A stretch of DNA of 64,000 nt from Microbotryum violaceum (Eukaryota), in NCBI GenBank assembly GCA_001244265.2, contig CDLV01000014.1, forward strand, positions 744,001 to 808,000. The letters run 5' to 3'. Below are positions 11,317 through 22,469 of this stretch, piece by piece. The position numbers and the translations under genes were made by a program. How positions within the stretch are numbered: position 1 is the stretch's first letter; the number at the start of each line of letters is the position of its first letter. The notes under the pieces were generated by a model. The model was not told the DNA's origin. It worked only from the letters and a program-made list of their open reading frames with translations, and made no database searches.

Positions 11317-14216
11317 CTAAGAATGTGTCTTGTCACCCAGTCGGGACACTCTGCTGTTGCCTTCTCTTCGTAGCCGCCTTGACGTATCGAGATCGTTGAA
11401 TCGCGGTAAGGTCGTCATCTTCTTCGAATCGTCGAGCCCAAAAGCGATATCGAGATAGGTAGGCAGTGGGGAGAAAGAATCTGCCCATCGGATCGGCAGA
11501 CTACTGGTTAGTTTCGCGGGTCGAGTCACAGTGGACGTTTCGAGTATATGGATCGTTCACTCACGGTCGAATTGGAGGAAAGTGGCTCGGATCCGTCACA
11601 TCCTTGTACTGTTCCAAGTACTGGTCCAACTCGATCATACCGCGCTGCGACTCATCCCGCTGAAGTACCCGACTTGATTTGCCTATGGTCATAAAGTTCC
11701 ACACCTCGTGGATCTTGGGGAATGGTTTCAAGCCTTGGGCGACGCGTGCTTTGTTCGTTTCAAGGAGATCAGCACGCATCCGTACTAGGAGAGCCTGGGC
11801 GAGAAGCGATTCTGTGCAAGTGTACACAAGGAGAGTCGGTGAGTAGGTTGTCTCTGAGAGGCACGTCTGGATACCGGTCGCTTTCGAGACATACGCGCGT
11901 AATAGCTATGTCCGATCTGTTGAACACAGTTTGAATGATGATCAGCGACTTGAGGACATTGCGTGAACTACATGGCGGGAGGGCAACTCACACCTCGGGG
12001 AACCATGGCATGAATGCCCACCGATCCATGTTTTAGCTGTGACAAAGGAATTGGTGACACCGGAATCAAGGCCGTGATGCCTTACCAGGGGTAATCTCCT
12101 TGAAACCGTCATAGGGCTATTAGGGTGACTTACGTCCAATTCAGCAAAGACATAGCTGTGTAGGCTGTAGCCCTCCCTCATTAGACGTTCCGGCCGCTCC
12201 TGGGCGACCACGTTCGGGTCTTGTGGTTGCAAAACGAAGATGTTGCTACGTTCTTGCTTGCTGGGATTGTGCCATCGGAGGGCCAGGTATCGTCCTGCAA
12301 GAAAAGTCGGAGTCAAGCATAGATCAGCGGTGCTTCAGGTCCCGCGTGGATCCGAACTCGAAGCTCACGGATTCCTAGCTCCTCTTCGATGTCCTGTGTA
12401 GGAGGTGAGACCCAAAAATATCAGCGACCAAGTTCATACGCCAGACAGTCATCGGGATGGACGAACTTGTGTCACCAAGCTGCTCAAGATACTATGTAGG
12501 TCATTGCAAACCATTGCAGCGGTCCGAAAATCGACACAGAACGGGGCGTCCGACTCCATCGTGTCTGGGATCGCTATGACTACCATGACCGCCCCCACAA
12601 GCGCTTTGTGGGTCTCGTGCAAGAACGCCGAGAACTCGTCGCTACCGTGTGGCAGATCGGACACTCGCCACGTGTCGCACGTCGTATCCTCGAGCACCAG
12701 CGGCCTATGCGGGATCGAGCATGACTTTACACCGTCGGCGAACAGCTCCTTGAGGCGCCATTTCCCTGTGCCGACCCGCGGAGTGAACCGACTCCCGCAG
12801 TCCGTGCATCGTCGGTATCGATCATGGCAGGATGCGCAGATGAACTCGACCAGCAAGTTTGGAGGCGCCTCGTCACGGTCGATGGCGCTAATAGAACCCG
12901 AAGCGATGATGCGCGTGCATACGTCACCTGAGAAGGGAAGGGGCCGTGGTTGTTCATCAGACTGCGTTGTGCATGTAAGACGCTTCCAAGTGACCTCACA
13001 ACTCACATGCCGCGCTCGAATCCTCCACCTCTTTCCGCTTCTTTCTCGGTCGGACTCGATCGGACCCGGCGTGCGGCCGGGGTTCTGGCAAAGGATGGCC
13101 CGATTCTTCCTCAACGAAGCGCGTGAAACTGTTGTAGTAGCTGGGTTCGCTCATGTTTTCGACGTGGTCCGAGTGGAAGCTGTTTGGCTCCTTGGCGATT
13201 GGGCTGCAGTCGTTGCAGAGGAATACGGCTCGGTAAGAGGTGGCCTCCGCCGAAGCAGGACCTCGCAGAAGCAACCAGCCCAAGTCCCTGTGGCATCCCG
13301 AGCACGCCCAAGGATCGGTGCGTGCGCGCTGTGACCGAGATATTTGCCAGCCGTCAACCTTGGTGGCGCCCGCTCCTCTTGAAGTCGCGTTGGAGGAAGC
13401 TCTGCCAATGTGTCCGCTGAGGGTCTCACCTACGACACCCTGAGCCTCGGACGAGCTCGCAATTGGAATTGGCAGCTTGATCACGGGCAAGGCCGGGCGA
13501 TGTTCCTTGAGAAACGAGAGCAGATCGAGACTCATGGCAAGCAAGTCCACCGATTGTTTTATCTTGTTCTTGACCTGATCACCAACGGGCTCTGCCATTG
13601 CGTTGATCCGAGCGCTAGGGCTCGCAGCGGCGACGGATGTCTGTCCGGAAGAGAACTCGTCTCGCCCGATTGTCGAAGGAGAGTTCTCACGGCTTGATCC
13701 GCTGGAGGGCTCTTTGTTCGACACACATGTCCGAGGACGTAGATGATTGAATGTTGAGGAGGCACTTATTTCCGGTCTCGCGTCGGAGAGGTGCGACGAA
13801 GTAGAAGTGCCGTCGACTTTTCCGGGCGACTCGTGCTGAACTTGGTAACGATCGCCGCGATCGCCGCGCTGGCGCGGGTTCGATGACTCGAGTGGGTAGT
13901 GGGAGCTCAGCCTGTAGCTTGAGCGTAGGTTAGAAGAAGATCGTGCCTGGCGAAGGTCACCATGGTCGGGTCTCGGTTGGGAGTAATCATAGAGCATTGG
14001 TGCATGATCCTCAGCCAGCTGGAGGTGGTGCGCGGTGTTGGCGCTGTCGTCATCGGGCGCTGTCCATCCCACATGCGACTCGGAGCTCAAACCATGCGCC
14101 ATCGGTTCGTCCAAAAACGAGCCATGAATGCTTTGAGCCTCCACTCCTGGTGCATCCAAAGATCTGGGATCTGCGGGTGAGGATACATGTAGGCGCCAGT
14201 TCGCGGCCGAGCTCAC
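11317..14216 (-). CDS. Hypothetical multi-CxxC (probable zinc-binding) protein, multi-exon; true start uncertain
   Basis: Spliced frames give CSGC, CNDC, CDVC, CASC and CTDC, then RVGTGKWRLKELF. Confidence 0.55.
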
Positions 14217-14657
14217 GGGAGGTCATAAGGTTCTTGTGCATGCTACTTACCTGCAGAGAAGTGACGACTTAGCCGTTGGCCAGCCCGTCTATCTGAAGAA
14301 GGCTGGTGCATTTTGTGGTGTACTTCCCGTTTGCGCCGTATACGACCACGACCGCAGTCGAGCGCCGAACTGGGCGCAGGAAGAAGGTCGAGCGGCTATG
14401 AGCCCAAGCAAAGTGGGGGAAGCCAGGCGCCTGGCAGCTGCAGGCATGCAGGCCTCTCGCCGAGCTGATTTTTAGTGACGTCTTGCGATCGAGTTTACGG
14501 TCATCATCGCGCTAATGGTACGGGACGGATCTTTTTTATGTACCCGAAAAATTAAATTTTCCTACTTCTCCCCAGTAGCGGTATGATCTGAGTCGGGGAA
14601 AGCAAACAACGCAAGATACTAGTGGCCCTTCCAACTCGGGTCCGCTCTCATAAACTT

Positions 14658-17600
14658 TGTTAGAAGTGGGGTCTGAGAGCCTAACTCATTGCTATTAGTC
14701 TTGGTTAATACTTTATTCTGCGCGCGCGCCTATCTTTGTCTTTGCGTCTTTTTTCCTTCTGGGTTCCTTCTCCACGCTATTCTCATCATCTCACTCGTGT
14801 ATCTCGGAGCTGAGTCGTGGAGTACCTCTTAGTCCTTGTTGCAACAGGTTATGAGCTCAACGGGCGAATCCGACTTCCCCAACAGGTCGGGCAATCGCTT
14901 GTATCTCAAGGACACACAAGGGTACAAGAGCTGGTCACAACGTGCGTTTATCAATCTTCGAGCCGACAAAGTATGGGATGTCGTCAATCAATCCATCGAC
15001 TCCCTTGTCGCGGACTATCGGTCCACGCTCGTTATCTCACATGCAACTGCGTCCGTCGCGCCAGTTGAACCAGCCTCCTCCGGCTTTAGCGGGCTTGGGG
15101 GGGGGCTCTGGTTCTGCGCGCGCACTCGGACGCCTCGCCCAGGCTCACCAGCGTTCAAGTTGCGGACAAGGTCGCGGAATATCGCGAACGGGCCATCCGC
15201 CGCAACGATTTGGCATGCAAGTACATCGCCAATTCGATCTCTGAGGAACAGATGTCTCACTTGATTCATCTTACCTCGGCGTACGAGATGTGGGACACCC
15301 TCCGTGGTCTCCACTCTCACGGTCGCCCGAGTCGCACTATGGACCTCCTCAACACTCTAGCGCAACCTTACTCTGGGGATATTCCTTTTAAGGAATTCGT
15401 CAACAAGGTCAAGATCGCCATGTCCGATTTTCAGAACCTCGGAGCTCCGCTTCCGCATTGGCTGTTTGCAGGCATGCTCGTTCGGTCGCTCCCAGCCCAG
15501 TATGACTCGATCGTTGGGAACCTTGCCTCCGACATCGACATCCACATGGATTGGAACACGTTCTATCCGAAACTCCTGATGAACGTCGAAATGGCTGATT
15601 CCCGAAACAAACAAAAGGAATCGTTATCCGCTCAGATCGTTGACGATACTAGCCTCGTCGCCCGTATTTCCACCACGGCGCAAAAGGACTACTCCAAGTC
15701 GTATTGTTCGCGCTGCAAAGCACTGGGACACGAGCGTGGTTGGCGTCTCTGTCCAAGCAGGAACAAGGATGCGAGCGCTCCCGCTTCCTCGGACTCAAAT
15801 TCGAACGTAGCTGCCATTGGTGTAGATGAATCTGCATTGATGACCTACACTTTCCCCTATTTGCGAACGATGCCACGTTTTCCATGGATTATTGACTCGG
15901 GTGCTAAGGTCCATTGTGTTGAAGACAAGTCGGTCCTATCGGACGTTGTCTCTGAGCCTCTCAAAATTTCTGTCGCCGATCAATCTCAAATCGAATCTCC
16001 CGGTCATGGCTCAGTGACGTTTTTTACCTCATATGGCGCTCGTATCACCATTAAGAGGGTCTACTACATGCCCGGTGCTCAATGCGGTTTTATCTCCATC
16101 AACCGTCTGTTGGAATCGATGACGTATGCTGTTGGTCCCCAAAGCAATCTCATTTTCAGCATCCGCGGCAAGTCGATTCTGCGCTCGCTTCCTGGTCGGG
16201 GGTTTGTCATGGATGCAGCTCCTGTTCAGCCTATCATGTCATCCTCACCGCCTTCAATGGTCGGAGCCAATCGTCTCACTGGAACCTGTACGTTGATGGA
16301 AGCACATCGGAAGTTGGGCCATCAATCTTTTGCGGCGATCGTTTTGGCCGTCAAATCCGGGGCTATCACTGGCATCACTCTGAAGGACGAAAAGGTTACT
16401 CCTTGCTTCTCGTGCATCCAGGCCAAGTCAAAGCGATCACCCTTCTCCAACAAGAGTACCGAAGCGCCTCATGCACTCTACCGCGTCTTCATCGATCTTG
16501 GGTTTGTCGAACATCCCAATCACCATGGCGATACTATCTATCTCGCTATTGTGGATCAGTATTTAACGGCTAAATGGACGATCGTGCTAAAGGACAAGAG
16601 GGCTGAGACGATTATCGAAGCATGGTCGAAATTTCAAGCCGAGTCCGAGCGTCAAACGGGTCAGATCGGACAATGGTCGTGAATTCAACAACTCATTGTT
16701 CCGGGCTCTTCTTGAAAAGCAGGGCATCATTGTGGAATTCACGGCCCCCTATACTCCGGAGCAAAATGGTCAAGTAGAGCGACTCAATGGATCTCTCATG
16801 GGTCTCGTTCGATCAATGCTCCTCGACTCCGGTCTTCCCATGCGATTCTGGTCAGATGCTCTGGCCGTCGCGACATTTGTTCTCAATCGTCGACCACATC
16901 CTCGTATTCAAGGAAAAACGGCAATCGAAGTTCTTCTCGGCAAGAAGCCTAGTCTTGCTCATCTTCAGTCATTCGGATCTACGGCGTTTGTCCACGTTCC
17001 CAAGGAGCGTCGCTCCAAGCTTGCACCTCGCTCCATTCAGGGAGTTTTCATTGGGTACTCCGGTGAATACAACTACTGTGTCTGGGTCCAATCGTCAAAA
17101 CAGGTCTACGTTTCGCGTCACGTCACATTCCTTGAGACTCCTTCCGTCGTCACTTCGTCTCAAGATCGTGCGGACGCTTCTGATCCCGTTCATCATTCTC
17201 AACCTCCTCATCCTCCTCATCCTCCGCCAGATGTGTTGCCGTCTACACCAACTTCACCTGTTGTGGATCCAACTTTGCCGGATCCACAGCCTCCTCCGGT
17301 GGTTCCAATTGGAGTTGGTCAACAGGGGGGTACCTTGCAGTCATTCCTCAAGAACCACTCGACGGTGAGGCGGAAGTCGCTCTCGCTCCTCGTGAAGGTT
17401 ACGCCATCGTTTGCACTGGTCCAAATCCTGGCCAATTCGAGAATGTTGATCCTTCCAACATCCTTCCTGCTGGTTCTCGTCGTCGACCTCAACCTCCGGA
17501 AAATATACTTCCCATCATTTCGGCTATCATGGTCGATGTCTTGGATACTCCACCCATGTTCCACGACAAGCTTTCCTACGATGCCTACTGTGCTGCCATG

Positions 17601-19369
17601 TTCACCGAAGAAGACATCGAGATACACAAGACATTCGAGGAAGCCATGAAGTCACCCTATCGCAACCATTGGAGTGCGGCAATGGTCTCAGAACTTCTAC
17701 AATTTGATCATCATGGAGTCTTTCAGGAAGTCAAGTGGCACAAAGGAATTCGGGTACTCGGCACGATCTGGGTCTACAGTATCAAGCGCGATGCAAACGG
17801 CAAAATCATTCGTTTCAAAGCTCGTCTCGTTGCTCAAGGATTTGCTCAACGCCCAGGCATCGACTACCATGACACCTACGCTCCTGTCGCTCGTTCTTCG
17901 ACGATTTTGTTCTTGATTGCTCTGGCTGCTGCTCAGGGCCTGTATCTCAAACAGTTCGATTTTGACTGCGCCTTTCTCAACGGCAAGATGACCGAGGATG
18001 TCTATGTTCGATACCCAAAAGGATGGAATCGTCCTCAATCCCCTGGCAAGTGCCTCAAGCTCGTGGGTTCCATGTATGGCACCAAACAGGCGCCCCGTGA
18101 ATGGTATTGAGCCGTCAACAATCTCATGGTGTCTCGAGGCTACATGAGGGCAACTGCTGATGCTTGCCTCTACATCAAACATTCGGGCACTTCGTTTGCT
18201 ATCATCACTCTCTATGTTGACAACGGTCTCATCGCGTCCAACAATCAGTCCTTCTTGGACTCCGAGCTCGGATCGCTTCACAAGGCCTTCCAGCTCAAGC
18301 GTCTCGGACCCGTCTCCTACTTCCTGGGCTTCGAAATTCATCGCACCAAAGATTACATCCTCGTTCATCAAAGCAAGTATGTCCGCACTATGCTCGAGAA
18401 GTTCGATTTCGCTTCTCCATCCAAGCGCCGTGCAATCACGCCCATGGATGATTGCCCCTCGCTTTGAATCGATGCTACTCCGTTTGCCGATGTGTCATTG
18501 TACCAATTGGCTGTGGGTTCCCTGCAGTACGCGTCCACTCGATGTCGACCCAATATTGTGATTGCTGTTTGTGCCCTTGCTCAAAAGAACTCCTGTCCAA
18601 CTGTTGACGATTGGGCTGCGGTCAAGCGTATATTTCGCTACCTCAACAGCACCATCAATTTGGGAATTCTTTATCGAAACAGTTCCACAACTCGATTGAT
18701 GGTCTATTCCGATGCCTCGTTTGTGGATGACCCGGAATCTCGCAGATCGGTGGGAGCCTATGCATCAATGCTCGCTGGCGGCGTTATCTCCTGGCAGTCG
18801 AAGCAACAATCTATGATTGCTACATCCACTACCAAAGCCGAAATCCTCTCTGCATCCTCAGCCACTCGTGAAGCAATCTGGCTCCGTCGTTTGGCTGGTG
18901 ATGTCGGCATTCCACAAGCACAGCCTACTATCATTCAAGAGGACAACGCCGCATGCATCCAGATCACCAAGGATCCGGTCGATCACATGCGAACCAAGCA
19001 CTTTGACATTGCTCATTTGTTCGTTCGAGAACGGGTTGCTTCTGGTGAGGTCAAACTTGAATCCTGCCCTACCCACGTCAATGCCGCGGATATTATGACG
19101 AAGCCTTTGGGATTTCAACGCTTTGATCAACTTCGTGCGCTACTTGGAATGGTCTCGTTAGTCTCTTTGACCGGTGGGAGTGTTAGAAGTGGGGTCTGAG
19201 AGCCTAACTCATTGCTATTAGTCTTGGTTAATACTTTATTCTGCGCGCGCGCCTATCTTTGTCTTTGCGTCTTTTTTCCTTCTGGGTTCCTTCTCCACGC
19301 TATTCTCATCATCTCACTCGTGTATCTCGGAGCTGAGTTGTGGAGTACCTCTTAGTCCTTGTTGCAACA
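14658..19369 (+). mobile_element. Full-length Ty1/copia LTR retrotransposon, inactivated by stops and frameshifts
   Basis: 189-bp TG...CA LTRs at 14658-14846 and 19181-19369 (one mismatch seen); 5-bp TSD AACTT; PBS GGTTATGAGC; purine-rich GGTGGGAG before the 3' LTR. Domain order: gag zinc knuckle (CSRCKALGHERGWRLC), protease IIDSGA, integrase (H..LGH, CFSC, SDNGREF, PEQNGQVER), RT (KARLVAQG, YVDN), RNase H (ADIMTKPL). Confidence 0.97.
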
Positions 19370-19636
19370 AACTTGACATCAATGTACACCCGATTCAGTT
19401 TTGACTACCCCGCGGGTCGCGTTGAGTATACTTCTGGGTACTATTGATTCACTGCATTTCCTTGTACATCCCAAGTACGGACGGGTCTGAAGACCAGCAT
19501 GATTATGGCCTACTGCAGGGACTTCACTTCAGAGGATAACACGTTCACAATCTCAAAGGGCACAGAAGCAGCAACAAATAGAACAAACAGATTCCGTCAT
19601 GGATGAAGTATGAAGAGGGATGAGGCGTTGGTATTG

Positions 19637-21017
19637 TCAAACGAACAATTCGATACCGAGAGCTTCACGGCGGCTGACAGATTGAGAATCGTAGTAAGGC
19701 TTCTCCCGAGCGAGACCACGCAATCCCCTTCATGGGTGTCGTCATAGTCGTACGTCGCTGTGAAAACAGTGGTGAAGAAAACATTCAGAACATCAATCAG
19801 ATGATGAGGAGACCGGTTGCGAACGACTCACCAGTGTGAACAGTCGGACCGTTGGCCCAGATGGCGACATTGTTCTTCGACCAGCGGTAACGAACCTGAA
19901 GATCGTGATTCTGGTTGTAGAGTTTGAACAGGTAGGCGAGTGTCTCTTCCGACTCTTCCTTGGTCAACTCTACGATGCGCTTCGTGAAGCCTTGGTTGAT
20001 GAAGAGACCCTTCCAGCCTGTGATTGGATTGGTGCGCACAACGGGGTGGATCGCACGAAGGTCGTTGTCGACGTTCGCGGGGCTGCCCCTGACCTCGGAG
20101 TAGACCTTAGTGCCTTGTCTGTAGAGAACGGAGACAGCTTAGAAATGAAAGGTTTGCAGAAGAAAGTCAGAGATGGTTGGTACTTACGCGGCAGCAACCT
20201 GGTGGAAGCCGTTGCCTTCATGCTCGGTGGTCAAGCCCTCAACAAACTTCTTGTAAGCCGGGCTGAGACGGTCGTACACCTCGTAGGCGGAGGCCCAGAG
20301 GGTGTTGCCCCCGGTCTCGGGGAGAGTCTTTATCTTGAGGATTGCGAAATCGGAAGGAATAGGCTCGAAGGTGATGCTGTTCGATCCAGATGTCAGTCGG
20401 GGAAAAGGCGCGGTGAAATAGCGAGCTGGGAGCTCGGACTCACTCGCTGTGCCAGCCACGCGATGCCAAGCGGCCGAGCGCGGTCCTGTACTTGTGGTAT
20501 GCCTGACGCTGCGAGTAAATGGTTGAGACGTCATTTGGTAGCTCGGCCGAGCGCTCGGTGGGATGGATGTGGAGGCCCGAAGCCAAGGGCCGGCCGCTGA
20601 GAGCACCGAGCTGGTTGCCGAGCTGTCCAGGAACGGAAGAGGGCGTGTGGGTTAACATTGGCTGAAGTCGAACCGAGCATCCAACGTCAACTGTAGTTAC
20701 CGACGGACCTCTTTCTGCTCATGAATTGTGAGCGACTGCTTCTTAAAGAACGCCACCCCGCGTTGAGAGATGACGATTGCGAGGTCGCGGATGAGCTCGT
20801 CGGCGTTAGGGGCTTTCAAGAGTTTGGACAGCTGAAGGTCGGGGTACTGGCGTCCGATGACGGGAGTGACATCAGAGCTCTTGTAACCGTCGAGCAGACC
20901 TTTGGCCACCAAAGGCTTGTAGGAACCGCAAAGGCCGATCGAACCGAGCGCACCCTTGTTCGGGGTGGTGGCGGGAGTAAGGGTGGATTGGGCACTGGTG
21001 GATTGGGTGGAAGGCAT
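19637..21017 (-). pseudogene. TauD/JLP1-like alpha-ketoglutarate-dependent sulfonate dioxygenase, probably decaying (frameshift near C-terminus)
   Basis: TPVIG, QRGVAFFK.Q, GWHS|DITFE, GGNTLWASAYEVYD, HPVVRTNP.TGWK.LF.N. At ~19702-19708 the frame slips just before GEKPYYD. Confidence 0.75.
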
Positions 21018-21807
21018 GGCCGGCTGGTGGCGGGTTGAGGTAAGAGATAGATATCGAGTATGACGAAGAAGAGAAAAGATAACTTTCATGCACTGAGAGT
21101 TTTGACCCCGAGGGGACAAGCCCTTGCTTGCTAAGCTCACTTAACAAGGGTAGGGTGGGGGAGCCTGATTGCGCAAGTCATCCCTAGGCCGGGATGTTGC
21201 GTGATCCCGAACAGACTCAGCTTGATCGCGCAAACCGGCCGGCGGGAAGCGGGACTACGCAAGCTGACTCATGGTATAAGAGATAGCCCGTCAAGAATTG
21301 CAGCAGAGTACCTATTGTGCCCCATTTCAGGTACCTAGGTTTTTGGCTTTGCGAATCCGATATTCCCCAACTCAGCCGAAGCTTCCCCGCGCAGCTTATC
21401 GTGCCGATCACGCAAGAGCGCGCGCCACAAGGCCCAGCGATGGCGCTAGGGGTCGCGTGATGTGGCACGCGCGCGCTTGCACAGTGCCGAGACACATCAA
21501 GATGTAATCGGGCTCCTCAGTAGCTATTGCCCTATAACAGCTCTTTTTAACCTAGGTAGATGGAGGTATTGTGTGATCACTAAGCGAAAAATAACTGAGC
21601 AGTCCCTGAAGGGATCACCCAATCCAAACTCATTTGCGTTGATGAGGGGCTTTGCCAAAGACGTGACCGTCACCTCGGTGGTTTTTGGCAGCACGAGCAT
21701 ATCACCTTCAAATATCCTGTAGAGATGCACCCAGTTCTGAGACGTCCTTGTCCCCTCCTCTTCACCACCCACAAGTACCATAAAATGTCTCCGCCCACTC
21801 AGCCCTA

Positions 21808-21845
21808 CGTGACCAACGTGACCAACGTGACCAACGTGACCAACC
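21808..21845 (+). repeat. 9-bp tandem repeat (CGTGACCAA)x4 encoding VTN repeats
   Basis: Seen directly. Confidence 0.9.
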
Positions 21846-22093
21846 TGTCCGCTCTTCCCGGCTCGGCCGAGATGAACGCCTACTCGAAAAGTGACGACCT
21901 CAGCAGCTTGGAGAGCGATACCCGGCATGGAAAGGCGAGCACGGTGCTCTCTTCCGATGACGGTTTACTCGAGTGATTCACTCACACATGTGGAGTCCTG
22001 GCCATTCGGATGGGCAGGGGCTAATACACACATTTCGATCACCAGTTTGTACAAGTTTGTACAAGCCTATAATTGGAAAACAAAGGAAAGTTT

Positions 22094-22164
22094 GGCTGAA
22101 CTGAGAATTGAACTCAGGTCCACTCTATTAATCAGATTTGCTCTGACCGCTGAGCTACTCAACC
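22094..22164 (-). ncRNA. tRNA-like cloverleaf (3' LTR copy)
   Basis: Same as 22399-22469, with one substitution in the anticodon stem. Confidence 0.8.
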
Positions 22165-22398
22165 AGTAGGAATAGATGAATATGACGGTGCACCCAAGTC
22201 ACACCGGCGGTGGTTCTACCACACATTGGGAGCCATGGCGGGCGGACTGGTGCACGGTCACATTGACTTCTACTGTCCCCTTCAATTGATTAAACAACTG
22301 AAGCCAACCAACTTAATCAATTGTTCAACTCGTGACCGATCTTAGTTTGCCTTGCGGCAGTGACAGACGCTACCAAATTGGAAAACAAAGGAAAGTTT

Positions 22399-22469
22399 GG
22401 CTGAACTGAGAATTGAACTCAGGTCCACTCTATTAATCAGAGTTGCTCTGACCGCTGAGCTACTCAACC
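22399..22469 (-). ncRNA. tRNA-like cloverleaf with Pol III A/B boxes and non-canonical GATTAAT loop (5' LTR copy)
   Basis: GGTTGAG TA GCTC AGCGGTCA GAGC A ACTCT GATTAAT AGAGT GGAC CTGAG TTCAATT CTCAG TTCAGCC; all four stems pair (two G-U pairs in the acceptor stem). Confidence 0.85.

Noticed and set aside
22399..22469. Bona fide ochre-suppressor tRNA gene
   Set aside because: The loop has G32/A33 instead of Y32/U33 and all copies lie inside LTRs, so they are annotated as tRNA-like ncRNA.
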